A stretch of DNA of 64,000 nt from Lingula anatina (GCA_051362555.1 CM120640.1:55158788-55222787); one strand, 5' to 3'. Shown: positions 37,501 to 59,767, numbered from the stretch's first letter. The notes: a model not told the origin generated them from the letters alone. Numbers and translations are program-made.

Positions 37501-40464
37501 TTTTAAATTTATGAGATTTTAGGATATTGTCACCCTTCGCCAAAAACTCCTAATTTGCTGCCTTAAATACATTCTTTTGGGTAAAAGATCAATCTTCAGT
37601 GTTCAATGACTAAACTAGAAAAGCACTCAGAGAGCACAGACCTCCGCCAAGGCAGCAAAGTCTCCATCAAATGCCGTTTCACCCCTAAATTTTCATTCTG
37701 TAATGATTTAGTTTTTTTTTTCTTTTTGATTGATTATTGATCCAGATCACCACCAAAAACTAATCATCTGTCCCTTGGCCCACTTCTGAGAGTTCCTGAA
37801 AATTTCATCAAAATCGGTCCATAACTTAGTTTTTTGATTATTGATTATTGGTTGATTATTGATCCAGATCACCACCAAAAACTAATCACTTCTAAGTTAA
37901 CCCATTTCTGACCTACCTGAAAATTCCAACGAAATTCATCCATATCTTTTTGAGTTATGTTGATGACAAACAGACAGACAAACAGGGGTGAAAACATAAC
38001 CTCCTTGGCAGAGGTAATTAATTAACATTTACTAGTACACATCATCTTACGGTGACATCATAACTGCGATTTTGGGGTAAAGTTTCTCCTTTACCGGAGC
38101 AATTAGGATCACCATTTCCATGCTGATTTAATGACACCATTTAGTACTCTAAAACCTTGCCAGCAATTTTTCTTAAGAGTCTTAATTCAAATTTTATCGT
38201 TGATAAAGCAAAGTAATGCCTTTGTTTAATGAAAATCTGTAATAAGGGGCTCATAACTCCATAACAAAAACATTTAAACCAAAATGACGACAGGGGATTG
38301 TAGCCTATACACTCTTAGTCAACTCTGCCCATTATCGTAATAAAGTCTTGATCAGGGATGAAGTTATGCCCCATACAAATTGCTATATCTCGTTTCCAAA
38401 TAGACGATCAAAGCCTTTGAAATCTGTGTTTGTCATCGGACCACATGACCTCCATAGATGGCTATACTCTGCAATAATCTCTTAAGAGATTGTTACAAAA
38501 AAAAAAAAAAAAAAAAAACTTTTTAGAAAAAAGCAAGGACTAACTTTGAATGTAAAAATGGATTCATTTACCATTGGTAAGTATAGGGAAATTGTTGTTA
38601 ACCCAGGAAAATTAATTTTTTGGCCAAAATAGACAGTTGTTATCCTTTTAATTAACATTTACACAAAGGTAATCTTACAGGTGATTCATAATTGTGTTTT
38701 GGGGGTAAAAACAGAAAAGTCGGTTTCTTAAATTTTTCCTTAACCTGAGCACCCACAATCGCTGTTTCAATGGTGATTCAATGATACCATTTAGTACTCC
38801 AAAACACTAGCAGCAATTTTTCTTAAAGTCTTAGTTCAAGTTTTTCATTGATGAAGCAAAATAATGCCTTTTTTAAATGAAAATCTGTAATTTGGGTCTC
38901 ATAATGCCACAACAAAAACATTTAAACCAAAATTACAGCAGGGAATTGCAGCCTATACACTCTTAGTCAACTCTGCCCATTATCATTATAAAGTCTTGTT
39001 CAGGGATGAAGTTATGCCCCATACCAATTGTTATATCTCATCTCCAAATACGAAGGTGTTAATTGATGATCAAAGCTTTGAGTATATACTTATAAATTGC
39101 AATGAAAAAAAAATTGATATTTTATATTTTCAAGGTTTTTTTATTGTTTTGAATCAGCACAAATATAAATGCATTACTGAATAATTAGATGCAGGAAAAG
39201 CCTCATTTTTGGTATCCTTATGTTTCAAACATGGCCAATCCTAGTCATAAAACTACTCAATCAAACCACTTGCTTTTTTTATACAGAAAAGTGGTCACTT
39301 GTCTCTGAAAAGGCAAAAATTTTATTTCTCTCTGTGAGAGCCTCATCCTACACAATAGGTTGAATTAACTCACTCTTTTGAAAACAATAGTGTTTTTATA
39401 CACAGTACGCTTGAAAATTCCAAATTTAGAAATACGCAAATGTTAGTGAATGCTAGTATAACAACAGAAAACCAACCTTTTTCTTTATCTCAATATCATT
39501 CTTAACTTCCCATTCTCTAAGCTGTTCAGCTGTCTGTTTCAGTCTTGACAAACTTGAAAACTCATCCTGTCGCCACTCATTCCTTTCTTGTTCTATTTCT
39601 TAAAATTAATTTCTTCCATCATTTTACATGGTTGCAACATTTAAGTTATACTATCAATATCAATTCATAAGAAATCAATATTAATAAAAGAATTGAAGTT
39701 TGCAAGTGCATCCTAAGATGCAATTTAATTTGGTAATGCATTTACATAAAATCTCAGACATGCTGAAACTGTCGGTCCGATCGGTCATGACCGGGAAAAT
39801 TTGTCTGGACCGGTAGAAAATTGGACTTGGTCGGTCCAAAGGACCGACCAAGTTTTAGAGCAGCAATTTTGAATTTGCAGTCATCATTCGACATACTTCA
39901 CTAATAAAATTATATAAAACCCAAAGCGTTTTTTTCCCTTCCATTTCAAACCTATCACATTCACAAACAAAGGAAGCTACCCTAATCGTACTGGTAGTAT
40001 CTGTCTCAAATGAATAGGGTGATTTTCGGTCCGACAAAAATACGTTCGGTTCGGCAAATTTTTCATTACTTCCGGTCCAAATGTCCGGCCATTCTGAAAA
40101 ATTTTCAGCATGTCTGAAATCTAAAAGGCCAATTAAAATTCAGAATAATTTTCTCCTTTTTAGAAATAACTCACCTTGCTGATTAAAAAACTGTGCATTC
40201 GAATTCACCTGAAAAACAGTGAATTTTCTTGGAAAAATACAGATAAAAATGCATAAAGATGTGATGAATGCATATATCAAACCATTTATAAAAAACTTTG
40301 AGATAATTCATTAAGTAATTTTCTATTTGGCCTTTTAAGACTATTATCTTTACCTGAGAATTATTAATATTGTTCAGGTTGAAGAACCCACAGTTTTCTT
40401 GACTAGTCATGTGAAGGGGTTTGAAAAAAGGTTGTCTGGACTCCTGGATCTGGCCTTTCTGCAT
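10558..40464 (-). CDS. SYCP1: Synaptonemal complex protein 1 (transverse filament), 30 coding exons, about 1108 aa
   Basis: Minus-strand exons: 40464-40354, 40208-40175, 39598-39477, 36560-36495, 36312-36245, 35845-35772, 34564-34506, 34050-33981, 33837-33764, 33353-33245, 30908-30814, 30633-30449, 29661-29594, 29360-29299, 29144-29028, 28663-28559, 26430-26327, 25935-25818, 25431-25361, 24999-24918, 24724-24599, 24281-24093, 22714-22514, 18092-18015, 17857-17786, 16410-16216, 14142-13990, 13859-13638, 12035-11913, 10731-10558. They total 3327 nt with consistent phases. The N-terminal block SSLSRLKQTAEQLREWEVKNDIEIKKKEHLIQEGKQTIESLRSLSLDLQLQNEELSRKLQEELENQEEIAKKVEATRELCALLK aligns with the conserved SYCP1 motif (human LYKEAEKIKKWKV...QELQFGNEKVSLKLEE...NATRHLCNLLK). 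A long coiled coil follows, then a basic S/T-P-rich tail ending WFESDAVFGFGFED*. A probable non-coding first exon ends at 40959. Confidence 0.88.
12724..13540. repeat. 201-bp near-identical direct duplication (12724-12924 and 13340-13540) flanking a ~415-bp insert
   Basis: cataaatcactccagtaagattgaag...aaaaatttgctt(a/t)gaaatg occurs twice, with about one visible mismatch. Confidence 0.92.
12915..13046 (-). mobile_element. DIRS/Ngaro-type retrotransposon reverse-transcriptase fragment
   Basis: The minus frame reads LSKKKITLQDLQSIIGLLNFCCFVIPVGRAFLRRLINLTIGISK, the characteristic DIRS/Ngaro RT C-terminal motif (LQSLIGLLNF...PGRAFLRRLI). Confidence 0.75.
14870..15430 (-). mobile_element. Degenerate 3' end of an L2/CR1-group LINE
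   Basis: KFRLPSHNLSVETGRY motif in ORF 14977-15270, and a (TAG/TAT/TGT)n simple-repeat tail at ~14870-14910. Confidence 0.65.
18098..18185. repeat. (TA)n microsatellite abutting a SYCP1 splice acceptor; other (TA)n tracts at ~30282-30336, 34452-34498, 42649-42685, 62288-62347 and 63702-63759
   Basis: Read directly from the sequence. Confidence 0.95.
18346..22130 (+). mobile_element. 3.8-kb TIR DNA transposon with TTAA target-site duplication (Sola3-like or Kolobok-like ends), carrying a decayed spliced gene
   Basis: Left end TTAA|gagcgcatccatgag...cagtcagaaggcggcaaggtgggggtcagcagattt. Right end reverse complement TTAA|gtgtgtgtccatgataggaccagtcagagggtggcaaggtgggggtcaacagattt. Internal exon-like blocks with AG/GT edges lie at ~19100-19388, 19630-19723, 19890-20068, 20120-20274 and 20456-20870, with many stops and frameshifts. 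Confidence 0.75.
22228..22453. mobile_element. PIF/Harbinger-like MITE; a related right end lies at ~51640-51742
   Basis: TIRs ggctgcgttcacatgaaaaatctat / atagatttttcatgtgaacgcagcc, with the 3-bp flank CTA on both sides. Confidence 0.75.
25592..25780. mobile_element. Palindromic MITE
   Basis: Long imperfect TIRs: aggccacattcacaaca...gatcaaatatgg / ccatatttgatc...tgttgagaatatggcct. Confidence 0.6.
27590..28200 (+). mobile_element. 3' part of a Helentron-type non-autonomous element, same family as 44075-45832
   Basis: Collinear with ~45210-45815, sharing cattaacggttcc, ggtcaaatccaagggcatat, tttggacaagggtgcattg and ggactaaa.ccatgtgtaccgccag. Confidence 0.75.
28700..28850. repeat. Local ~79-bp tandem duplication
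   Basis: tttttaccaatttttatg.tttttaccaattttcatta.attcaatcat.atgttta occurs twice. Confidence 0.8.
30941..32595 (-). mobile_element. 5'-truncated Rex1/Babar-clade non-LTR retrotransposon (RT pseudogene)
   Basis: ORFs 32528-31905 and 31771-31058 contain KAPGPDG, LNDLRPVALT, DPLQFAYR.NRSVDDA, LFVDYSSAFNTI, (G)TPQGCVLSP, KFADDTTLVGLI, KTKEMIIDFRR and NSFYPSAV. There is one premature TAA (31905-31907), one frameshift near 31832, and a (TAT)n tail at 30941-30967. Confidence 0.92.
34620..35100 (+). repeat. Dispersed repeat with an internal tandem unit; other copies at ~45860-46400 (split by a MITE) and ~47295-47620
   Basis: Shared blocks aacaaggcagcaaagctgtcaaatgtacagac and taacatggatatttagaaaatgtga...ggcccatagaacttcaaagtcacacc. 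Confidence 0.75.
36634..37301. mobile_element. Nested MITE cluster (outer ~45-bp TIR pair; inner TIR pairs at ~36700-37053 and ~37068-37245)
   Basis: Outer pair gcctatccaactaccagacac...gatccagaatt / aattctggatc...gtgtctggtagttgggtaggc. Inner pairs ttttcaaggtgtgtatcagta / tactgatacacatcttgaaaa and cctggtttcacaaaaaa / ttttttgtgaaaccagg. Confidence 0.7.
37613..38018 (+). mobile_element. Helentron-associated non-autonomous element (HINE/pearl-like); an inverted 5' fragment lies at ~59010-59158
   Basis: 5' aactagaaaagcactcagagagcacagacctccgccaagg (subTIR), two internal gatccagatcaccaccaaaaactaatca units, a (caga)n microsatellite, and a 3' hairpin acctccttggcagaggt. Confidence 0.8.
38023..39060 (+). 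repeat. Two diverged tandem copies (~630-bp offset) of a longer relative of the Kolobok-like MITE; an inverted piece lies at ~42805-43120
   Basis: The blocks ccatttagtactc, gcctatacactcttagtcaactctgcccattatc and cagggatgaagttatgccccatac occur twice. 38440-38650 matches the 8394 MITE right half. Confidence 0.7.
39755..40116. mobile_element. hAT-like MITE
   Basis: TIRs cagacatgctgaaa / tttcagcatgtctg, subterminal ggtccga/ggacc repeats, and aaatct on both flanks. Confidence 0.7.
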
Positions 40465-40610
40465 CACTTTGTTTCTTTTGTAACTAGGTCTTTTTGGCTG
40501 CCAAAAACAAATTGTGGATACTCTAGATAATGCGTACAAAAAAACTCCCAAGCATAGGAAGAGTGAAGGTCATTTCTAGGGTCCACATAAACAATCGGGG
40601 CCGTAGCAAT

Positions 40611-40765
40611 AGTCCGAAGGTTCAATAGTCCGAAGGTTCATTGGTCCGAATATTCATTATAGAACCTTCGGGCCAATGAACCCTTGATTAAAAAATCGAT
40701 GAAAATGTTACCACTTTTCAGACCAATGAACCTTCGGACCAATGAACCTTCGGACTATCGGACTG
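40611..40765. mobile_element. Small foldback MITE made of 15-bp subterminal repeats, in the SYCP1 5'-UTR intron
   Basis: (aatagtccgaaggttc)x2-3 on the left and (gaccaatgaaccttcg)x2-3 inverted on the right. Confidence 0.7.
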
Positions 40766-41558
40766 TCCAGTAGGCTTATTGCAACCCTAATTACCCCCGA
40801 ATAGGAGAGGCATTGAATCAAGTAGATTAACCAAATTTAGACAATATCTTACATGTACGAGCCCTTAAATTTCAGCTTTGCCTTTGGGGCGTAATCGTCA
40901 ATACACATCCATCCCGTTGGCTGACAGAAAAAATTAATTATTTTGTTTTGGAACATACCTGTGTATTTTTACATCTCAGCACGGGGTCTTAGTGGAGAAA
41001 TTAGCCCTCACACGAAATCAAATTTGCTTAACAATACACAGTAGATCCACGAACTAAAATATCGTCATGCTAAAAAAAAGATCTTGATGATACTAAATAA
41101 TAAATCCCACGGCGCATTTCTGCGGTTTAAAAAACAGCTGATAAATGTTAACATTCAAATCAATGTCTTAAAATTGTATTCATCCTGTTGGTCCAACGCC
41201 CAATCTACGCAGCGAGTGAAATAAAACCTGTATTAATAGTCTACACAAATAAAAGAAACTAAATAATGAGAAATCTTTTCACTGCTTAGCAAATGACAGC
41301 AAAGGGTCCGCGTGCGACGGAATCGTCTGCAACATTCAAAGGTCAAGGTCACGCTAATTTTGTTGCGTGGTTTTGTGCAACTTTATTATTAAAAAAAATA
41401 TTTTGACATTTAATAAAGTCTAGGTAACAAAAATCTGTGACCTCGAGTTTTTGTCCAGACATGTAGATCGAGGTTAAGTAAATGTGTCAGGTGAGACTGA
41501 AACCGCGATGTTTTGATGACCGACTTGATTGCGTTAGTCGTGAGAGATCTCATATCCG

Positions 41559-42605
41559 GGGTCCGCCATATAGATAAACGTCCCAATAAAATATTCGTCC
41601 CGATAGATACGTCTCTATACATACACGTCTCAATAGATTTACGTCTCGTTAAATTTACGTTCCGATAGATCCACCAACAGATTCCTATAAACCCACGTAT
41701 CTTTAGATCCAGGTACCGCTAGATCCATCTATCTGACATCGTAATCGGCTAAAAGGCCGATATCAACTTGTGATACAGGTATGAGGCTTTCGAGTGATAG
41801 TCTGGCTGCGAATACTGATCCACTTAGTGATCTGATTTAATTACAACCTGATATTTATTATTTATTCATTTATTTATGTATTTATATATTTATTAGGTGT
41901 TCAAACAAGACATACATGTACGTTCGCGTCTACCCGTCTATCACACTCTAAAGTTCGGGAACGCGTCGTAAACATAAAACAGAACACATTTTAAGTGTGC
42001 AAATGTTACATTTTGAGAACGCGTTTCGCAAGCCAGTGTTCTGGCGCCAGAACACTGAGCGTTGTGAAATATAGAACACATTTTTATGTTCTTTTTTTTG
42101 TTTGTTTTGTTTAGAACACATTTACATGTAAATTCAGAACACTTTTTACGTGTTCGAATGTTACATTTTGAGAACGCTTTAAACAGTGTTCTGACGCTAG
42201 AACAGTAAGCGTTGTGAAATATAGAACACATTTTTGTGTGAAAACGATCTAGTAGAATAATATATTGCTGAAAGGATTAATATGTGTACTGTCGTTTTAA
42301 AGAAGTGCATTTTATGTACTGAGTAGTATATCAACCATTTTGAGCAAAAGCATACCTGTAATGGATCTATCGGTATTTGGATCTCAAAATACGTGGATCT
42401 ATAGGTATGTGGATTTAAAGGACGTGGGTTTATGAGGACGTCGTATCGATAGGAACGCAAATATATAGGACAGCAATAAAAAATCGGATCTATCGGTATT
42501 TAAATCTAAAAAGACGTTTTTTCAGTTTTTCCTTTATGTATCTATCGGTAACGGGAGTATAGGGACGTGTCACATTTTGGGACTAAATTTTATCCGTACG
42601 TACCC
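41559..42605 (+). mobile_element. Mutator-like non-autonomous element upstream of SYCP1; its left ~400 bp recurs nearly identically at 63111-63490
   Basis: Ends gggtccgcc... / ...cgtaccc. Flanks tcatatccg / tcattttccg form an imperfect ~9-bp TSD. There are inverted subterminal gatagatcc / ggatctatcggta repeats and internal agaacacatttt tandem units. Confidence 0.7.
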
Positions 42606-42645
42606 TCATTTTCCGCAGATCACAGAATAGTAGTAATCGAATCAT

Positions 42646-42688
<43 letters not shown>

Positions 42689-44074
42689 CTAGTCCAATAC
42701 GCAAATAGTGTTTTCTGTCAATATTCAAGGCTATTGTAACTCGATCTTTACTATCATCCAGATACCGAAAATGATTTTTTCCAGCATCTAATTATTCTTA
42801 TTATTACAATTATGGGCAGAGTTGACTAAGAGTGTATAGGCTACAATTCCCTGTCGTTATTTTGGTTTAAATGATTTTGTTATGGCATTACGAGCCCCAA
42901 ATTACAGATTTTCATTAAAAAAGGAATTATTTTGCTTTATACTGCAGAGTATAGCCATCTATAGAGGTCATGTGGTCTGATGACAAACAGACTTCAGAAT
43001 AATAATTGTAACTGCCCCTTTTTGTGGTAAAATAGAATATTTTATGTTTGTACAAGTTGTTTACAATGTATTTATCATGAATCCTAGATCTTGTAAGAAG
43101 AGTTGTTATCCCTTTAATTTAGACACTGAACACCGGAGATTTATCTTTTACCCAGAAAAAATGTATGTAAGACAGTAAATAAGGAGTTTTGGGCAAAGGG
43201 TGACAATATCCTCAAGTGATAAATCTAGTAGAAAATTTCCAATCACTAGATTTAGCTGGCTTTATTTTGGGACTTCTTTTCAAACTTTCAATAATCCTAC
43301 ATCTTGAAAACAGATTTATGTGCATCATTTTCAAAACTCTCATTTAAATCACAGAAACAACCATTCTCTTTTTAAAAATCGAAAATTTATTTCATTCCTG
43401 TACAAAATTTATTTATGAAATAAAACAGTTATACCAATACTAGGTGAATGCATGCTAAATTTACAACTGAAGTGATAAATATGCTGACATCAGCAATGAA
43501 CCCTCATTTCCTCAAATGGACGCCTCCAAAAATGATGCACGCTCCTATTCAATTAAATTTGTGTGAAATGCTGAACTTCTTAAAAAAAATTCAGTCACTT
43601 TTTGTCAAAAATGTCATTCTCCTTTTAAATGCACAACAAAAATTAAACGCCTTAATAAGACCAGACTTGACAGCTCAACATATTTTTTAACAATGCTTGC
43701 TTTGTCATGTTGTATAAATGTGTATATATGAGTTCAAGCCTGGTTTTCCATTTTTTTTAAAGAAAATTGATCAGCATTGACAATATTCCTTTATGATATA
43801 TTCTGACATGGCTCTTTGGAATTAGTAAGATGAATTGTTTTTCTCCTGAATTACAGTATTATGGACAGGCGCATTCTTGCTTTACAATCCCGTGTAAGAT
43901 TTTCCACAATACTGGATGATGATTTAAGTTTTCCTCATTGGTATAATATCCTATATTCCTGAAATAAATGAAATAAAACAAAACTGTAATAACAATCTTA
44001 AAACAGATTTCTTAAAGTATTACTGCCACTGGTATCCTTATTTATGAGATTAAAATTACATTTTTCATTAAATC

Positions 44075-45832
44075 AACTAGAGGATCAGAGAGGCGATACC
44101 GCCTCCGAATATTGTACCACCAGCTGGAGCAAGCGCATTCGTATAGACCCCCACATATACAAAATAAGGAACACAGCCACCAGTCTTGTGCTTGCCAAGC
44201 TGTAAAAATGCAATCAACAAGAATTTTCAAAATATGCAAAAAATATATATATAACTAAAAATGGTACAATCAAAGTTAAGTTCATTGTAAGGTAGGTCAA
44301 AGGTCAATTCCAAGGTCACAGTAAATTGCCAGTATATGACTTCCTATTCAACTTCAATAGTAACTATGGACCTATCTCTGCCAGGTTTGGAGTTAAATGA
44401 AAAAGAAATTAGCAGAGTTCAGTTCATGATAATAAGTAGGTCAAAGGTCAATTTCAAGGTCACACTTAGATTGCTAGTATATGACTTCCTATTCACGTTC
44501 AATAGTAACTATGGACCTATCTCTGCCAGTTTTGGAGATAAAAGGGAAGCAAAATTTGCAAAGTTCAGTTCATGGTGAAAAGTAGGTCAAAGGTCAATTT
44601 TAAGGTCACATTTAGATTGCCAGTATATGACTTCCTATTCAAGTTCAATAGAAACTATGGACCTATCTCTGCCAGTTTTGGAGATAAAAGGGAAGCAAAA
44701 TTTGCAAAGTTCAGTTCATGGTGAAAAGTAGGTCAAAGGTCAATTTTAAGGTCACATTTAGATTGCCAGTATATGACTTCCTATTCAACTTCAATAGTAA
44801 CTATGGACCTATCTCTGCCAGTTTTGGAGATATAAGGGACTAAATGTTATAATTTTGGAGTTACCATAATGTGCCATAAATTTCCTACAGAAAAAATTAA
44901 TTAAAATAAAGAAAAGGTCTTTTTGGTCAAAATTCTTGAAATGGGAGGTGCTCTGAAGTTCCAGATGTTCAAATTTGATGAAATAATGTCATTTTTGACC
45001 ACAAGTTGTCTGCTTTGCCAAGCCTTATGTTTTATTTTTCCGGAGTTCAAAATTTATTATCCATTACCGTACTGCACATTTTGCTTTCACCACCAATATG
45101 TACTTTTTGATACAGCGTAACTCGGAAACGGTATGGAATACAAAAAAACAGAGACCACCTGCAGTGTTGGGCTTTACATGCTCTACAAAATGCAAAAAAG
45201 AATGGGTGTCTAGCATTAACGGTTCCCAAATTAGAGACAGTTTTAAGTTTCGATATCTTATGGCCGCTACTCCCGTGAAAATGCACCGATTAACCCCAAA
45301 TTCACGGAGATGAAAGATGACCCGAAGGGTAACTCTTTCCATTAATATTATTAGTTAAGTTTGTGTGGTATCTGAATAAGGCCGCAAATAATTTTTTTTT
45401 CGGCAAAAATTTTGTTTTTTTGAAAATTTTGGCCTGTTTGACCTTGAAATAAAGGTCAAAGGTCAAATCCAAGGGCATATATGAAATCTACACATATGAC
45501 TTTTGGAAAGCTGTCTGTAGAAATTTTTCCCATAATTCCTTCCGTAGGGGAGATAATTAGCATTTAATTTTGCCGTTTTTGGACAAGGGTGCATTGCAAT
45601 GAGTGCCACACCTAGACCCCAATACCGACAAAGCCCAAATTTTACGTGGAACGAGTTGAGATTATAGGTGACCTAAATCTAAGAGATGGGTATGGAGGCC
45701 CTTACCGTCTAGGAGGAGAAGCGGTAACGGTGACTTGGCGGCGGAGCCGCAGGAGCCGGCGGAGCCGGCGGAACATACGGGTCGGGACTAAAACCATGTG
45801 TACCGCCAGCGCCTACGCTGGTGGTACAATAA
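44075..45832 (+). mobile_element. Complete Helentron-type non-autonomous element with a central tandem array
   Basis: 5' aactagagg...attgtaccaccagc subTIR. 3' hairpin gtaccgccagc-gcctac-gctggtggtacaat, whose arm is the reverse complement of the subTIR. A (ggagccggc)n micro-repeat lies near the 3' end. Confidence 0.8.
44270..44835 (+). repeat. ~145-bp satellite-like tandem array, about 4 units, AGGTCA-rich
   Basis: taggtcaaaggtcaatt starts at 44293, 44437, 44583 and 44729 (periods 144, 146, 146). Confidence 0.92.
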
Positions 45833-46000
45833 TAAAATGGTATTAGTAAATTTCATCTGAAAACAAGGCAGCAAAGCTGTCAAATGTGCAGACATAAAAA
45901 AATCCACAAAATAGATAATTTTGTCAATTTTCACATATTGCTTATTAGTAAAATCAACACAGAAACTTTAAACATGCACAAAAGGTAACATGGATATTAA

Positions 46001-46337
46001 AGGGATAATAACTCTTCGTTTTGGCCAAAAAATGAATTTTCCTGGAGTAAACAACAATTTTCCCATACTTACCAATGGTTAATGAATCCATTTTTACATT
46101 CAAAGTTAGTCCCTGGTTTTTTTCTAAAAAGTTTGGTTTTTTGTTAAAATCTCTTAAGAGATTTTAGCAGAGTATAGCCATCAATGGAGGTCACGTGGTC
46201 TAAAGACAAGCTCAGATATCAGAATAATAGCTATAACTGCCGTTTTTGTGGTAAAACAGAATATATTATATTTCTATGAGTTATTCACAATGTTTTTATT
46301 GTGAAATATAGATCTCATACGAAGAGTTATTATCCCT
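46001..46337 (-). mobile_element. Kolobok-like MITE, full inverted copy of 8394-8731
   Basis: TTAA|agggataataactcttcg ... gaagagttattatccct|TTAA. Confidence 0.88.
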
Positions 46338-46765
46338 TTAAGAATATGTAACTAGCAGGAGGCTTCAGGCCCATGAGAGTTCAAATTCACATAATGAAAA
46401 TGACAGATTGAGAAAAATGAACCATGTCTGTACATAAAAAGCTTAACCCAGAGTAATTTGTGAAGGAATTTAGTGCTAAAGAATGTTATAGCCTATTTAA
46501 CCCTAATCACATGTGAATGTAACTATACTTTTCTATATAACACAAACAATAAACAATATCTAAGGATTCAAGAACTGTTTTCTATCTTGCTGTGGGTATT
46601 ATTAAGATTAAATTTAAGACATTTGTTTCTGGCTACCCCTTGGAGATTTAATTTTGAATATCTAAGTTTTTTTTCAAATATGCAAAAAGACAGCGACCAA
46701 TGTTACCATTCTTGATCAGACATGAAAAGTAAAGATACACACTCGCTGATCAATTTAGCAAACAT

Positions 46766-58699
<11,934 letters not shown>

Positions 58700-58710
<11 letters not shown>

Positions 58711-58745
58711 TTTGAATTTTGTGTTGCGCATGCGAAACCGGAAAT
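58700..58745 (-). promoter_or_regulatory. Housekeeping-type MEAF6 promoter/initiation region
   Basis: YY1-like AAAATGGCG overlaps the ATG. NRF1-like TGCGCATGCG lies at 58725-58734 and ETS CCGGAA at 58738-58743. A further CCGGAAGT lies at 58505-58512 in intron 1. Confidence 0.55.
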
Positions 58746-59767
58746 ATAGTAAATATTGCTGCAGAATGTAAACAGCCAGTTGGGTAGCGACTAATGTGCA
58801 GTAACTATAACTATTCTATGGGGCGGAGATCCTATCAAAATTGTCAGATGGAATACAATATTTCGTTCATATGTTTGTTAATCGAAAACTTTAATGCATT
58901 CAGTGTCTTCGCCCGGCAGGTTGTTGAGTTATCATTTTCAGTCTTCCCAGTTTGTTGCTCTTCTCTGAAAATCCATTCGTTAGCACTCGATTCTGATATG
59001 TACTGTCTATGATCCGGATCAATAATCAATCAATAATCAATAAATAATCAAAAATAAAAAACAATCATTATAGAATGAAAATTTAGGGTTGAAACGGCAC
59101 TGGGTGGAGACTTTGCTGTCTTGGCGGAGGTCTACGCTCTCAGAGTGCTTTTCTAGTTCTTTTTATATTTTCAAAGTTAGACTAGAGTCAAATGTTTCAT
59201 TTTTTTCTGGAATGCCAATTATGCAACTCTACTGAAAAAAAAACTGCAGGAGCGGATACAGGATTATTTTTTTAAGGGAGGGGGGGGGGGGGCGCGGGGG
59301 TTACTAAATTGCAAATGGCTCCGGCTTCATAGTGACGCGTGCTCCACCCATTGGACGTGGAGTTGGGCCTGGCAGCTCATTGAGAATACATTCCGGCTCT
59401 AACAAAACTTTGTATACATTAATTGGTGTGACTTAATTTTTTCAACAAACCGAGAGGGGTGTGTGTGTCAAGACTCCCCCTAAAGCCACTGCATTGAAAC
59501 TGATTTTCATACGAGGAGTCTGCATTTCTATGTAAGGAAAATCACTTTAAAGTGTATAAAGACCAACAACTTCTCAAGAATATATAGTACCAAATGTGCC
59601 AATAAAATCATAGAAGTAGAAAAAGTAAATGTACTATATGTACTACAAATATTCATGTATGAAAATGACATTTTATCAATATTTATTCATACAATAATTA
59701 TCCGTCTTCCACAATGTTACTTTTCAGAAATTCAATGTTCATAATATTTACAAGTTCACTTACAATT

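Noticed and set aside
40611-40765. Short 15-bp repeats as a regulatory or CRISPR array
   Set aside because: They are inverted subterminal repeats of a small MITE.
44293-44760. AGGTCA array as TLX autoregulatory sites
   Set aside because: TLX prefers AAGTCA half-sites, and the array is over 40 kb away, beyond two other genes, inside a transposon.
44270-44835. Regularly spaced repeats as a CRISPR-like array
   Set aside because: The whole ~145-bp unit repeats with no unique spacers, the context is eukaryotic with no cas genes, and the array lies inside a Helentron-type element.
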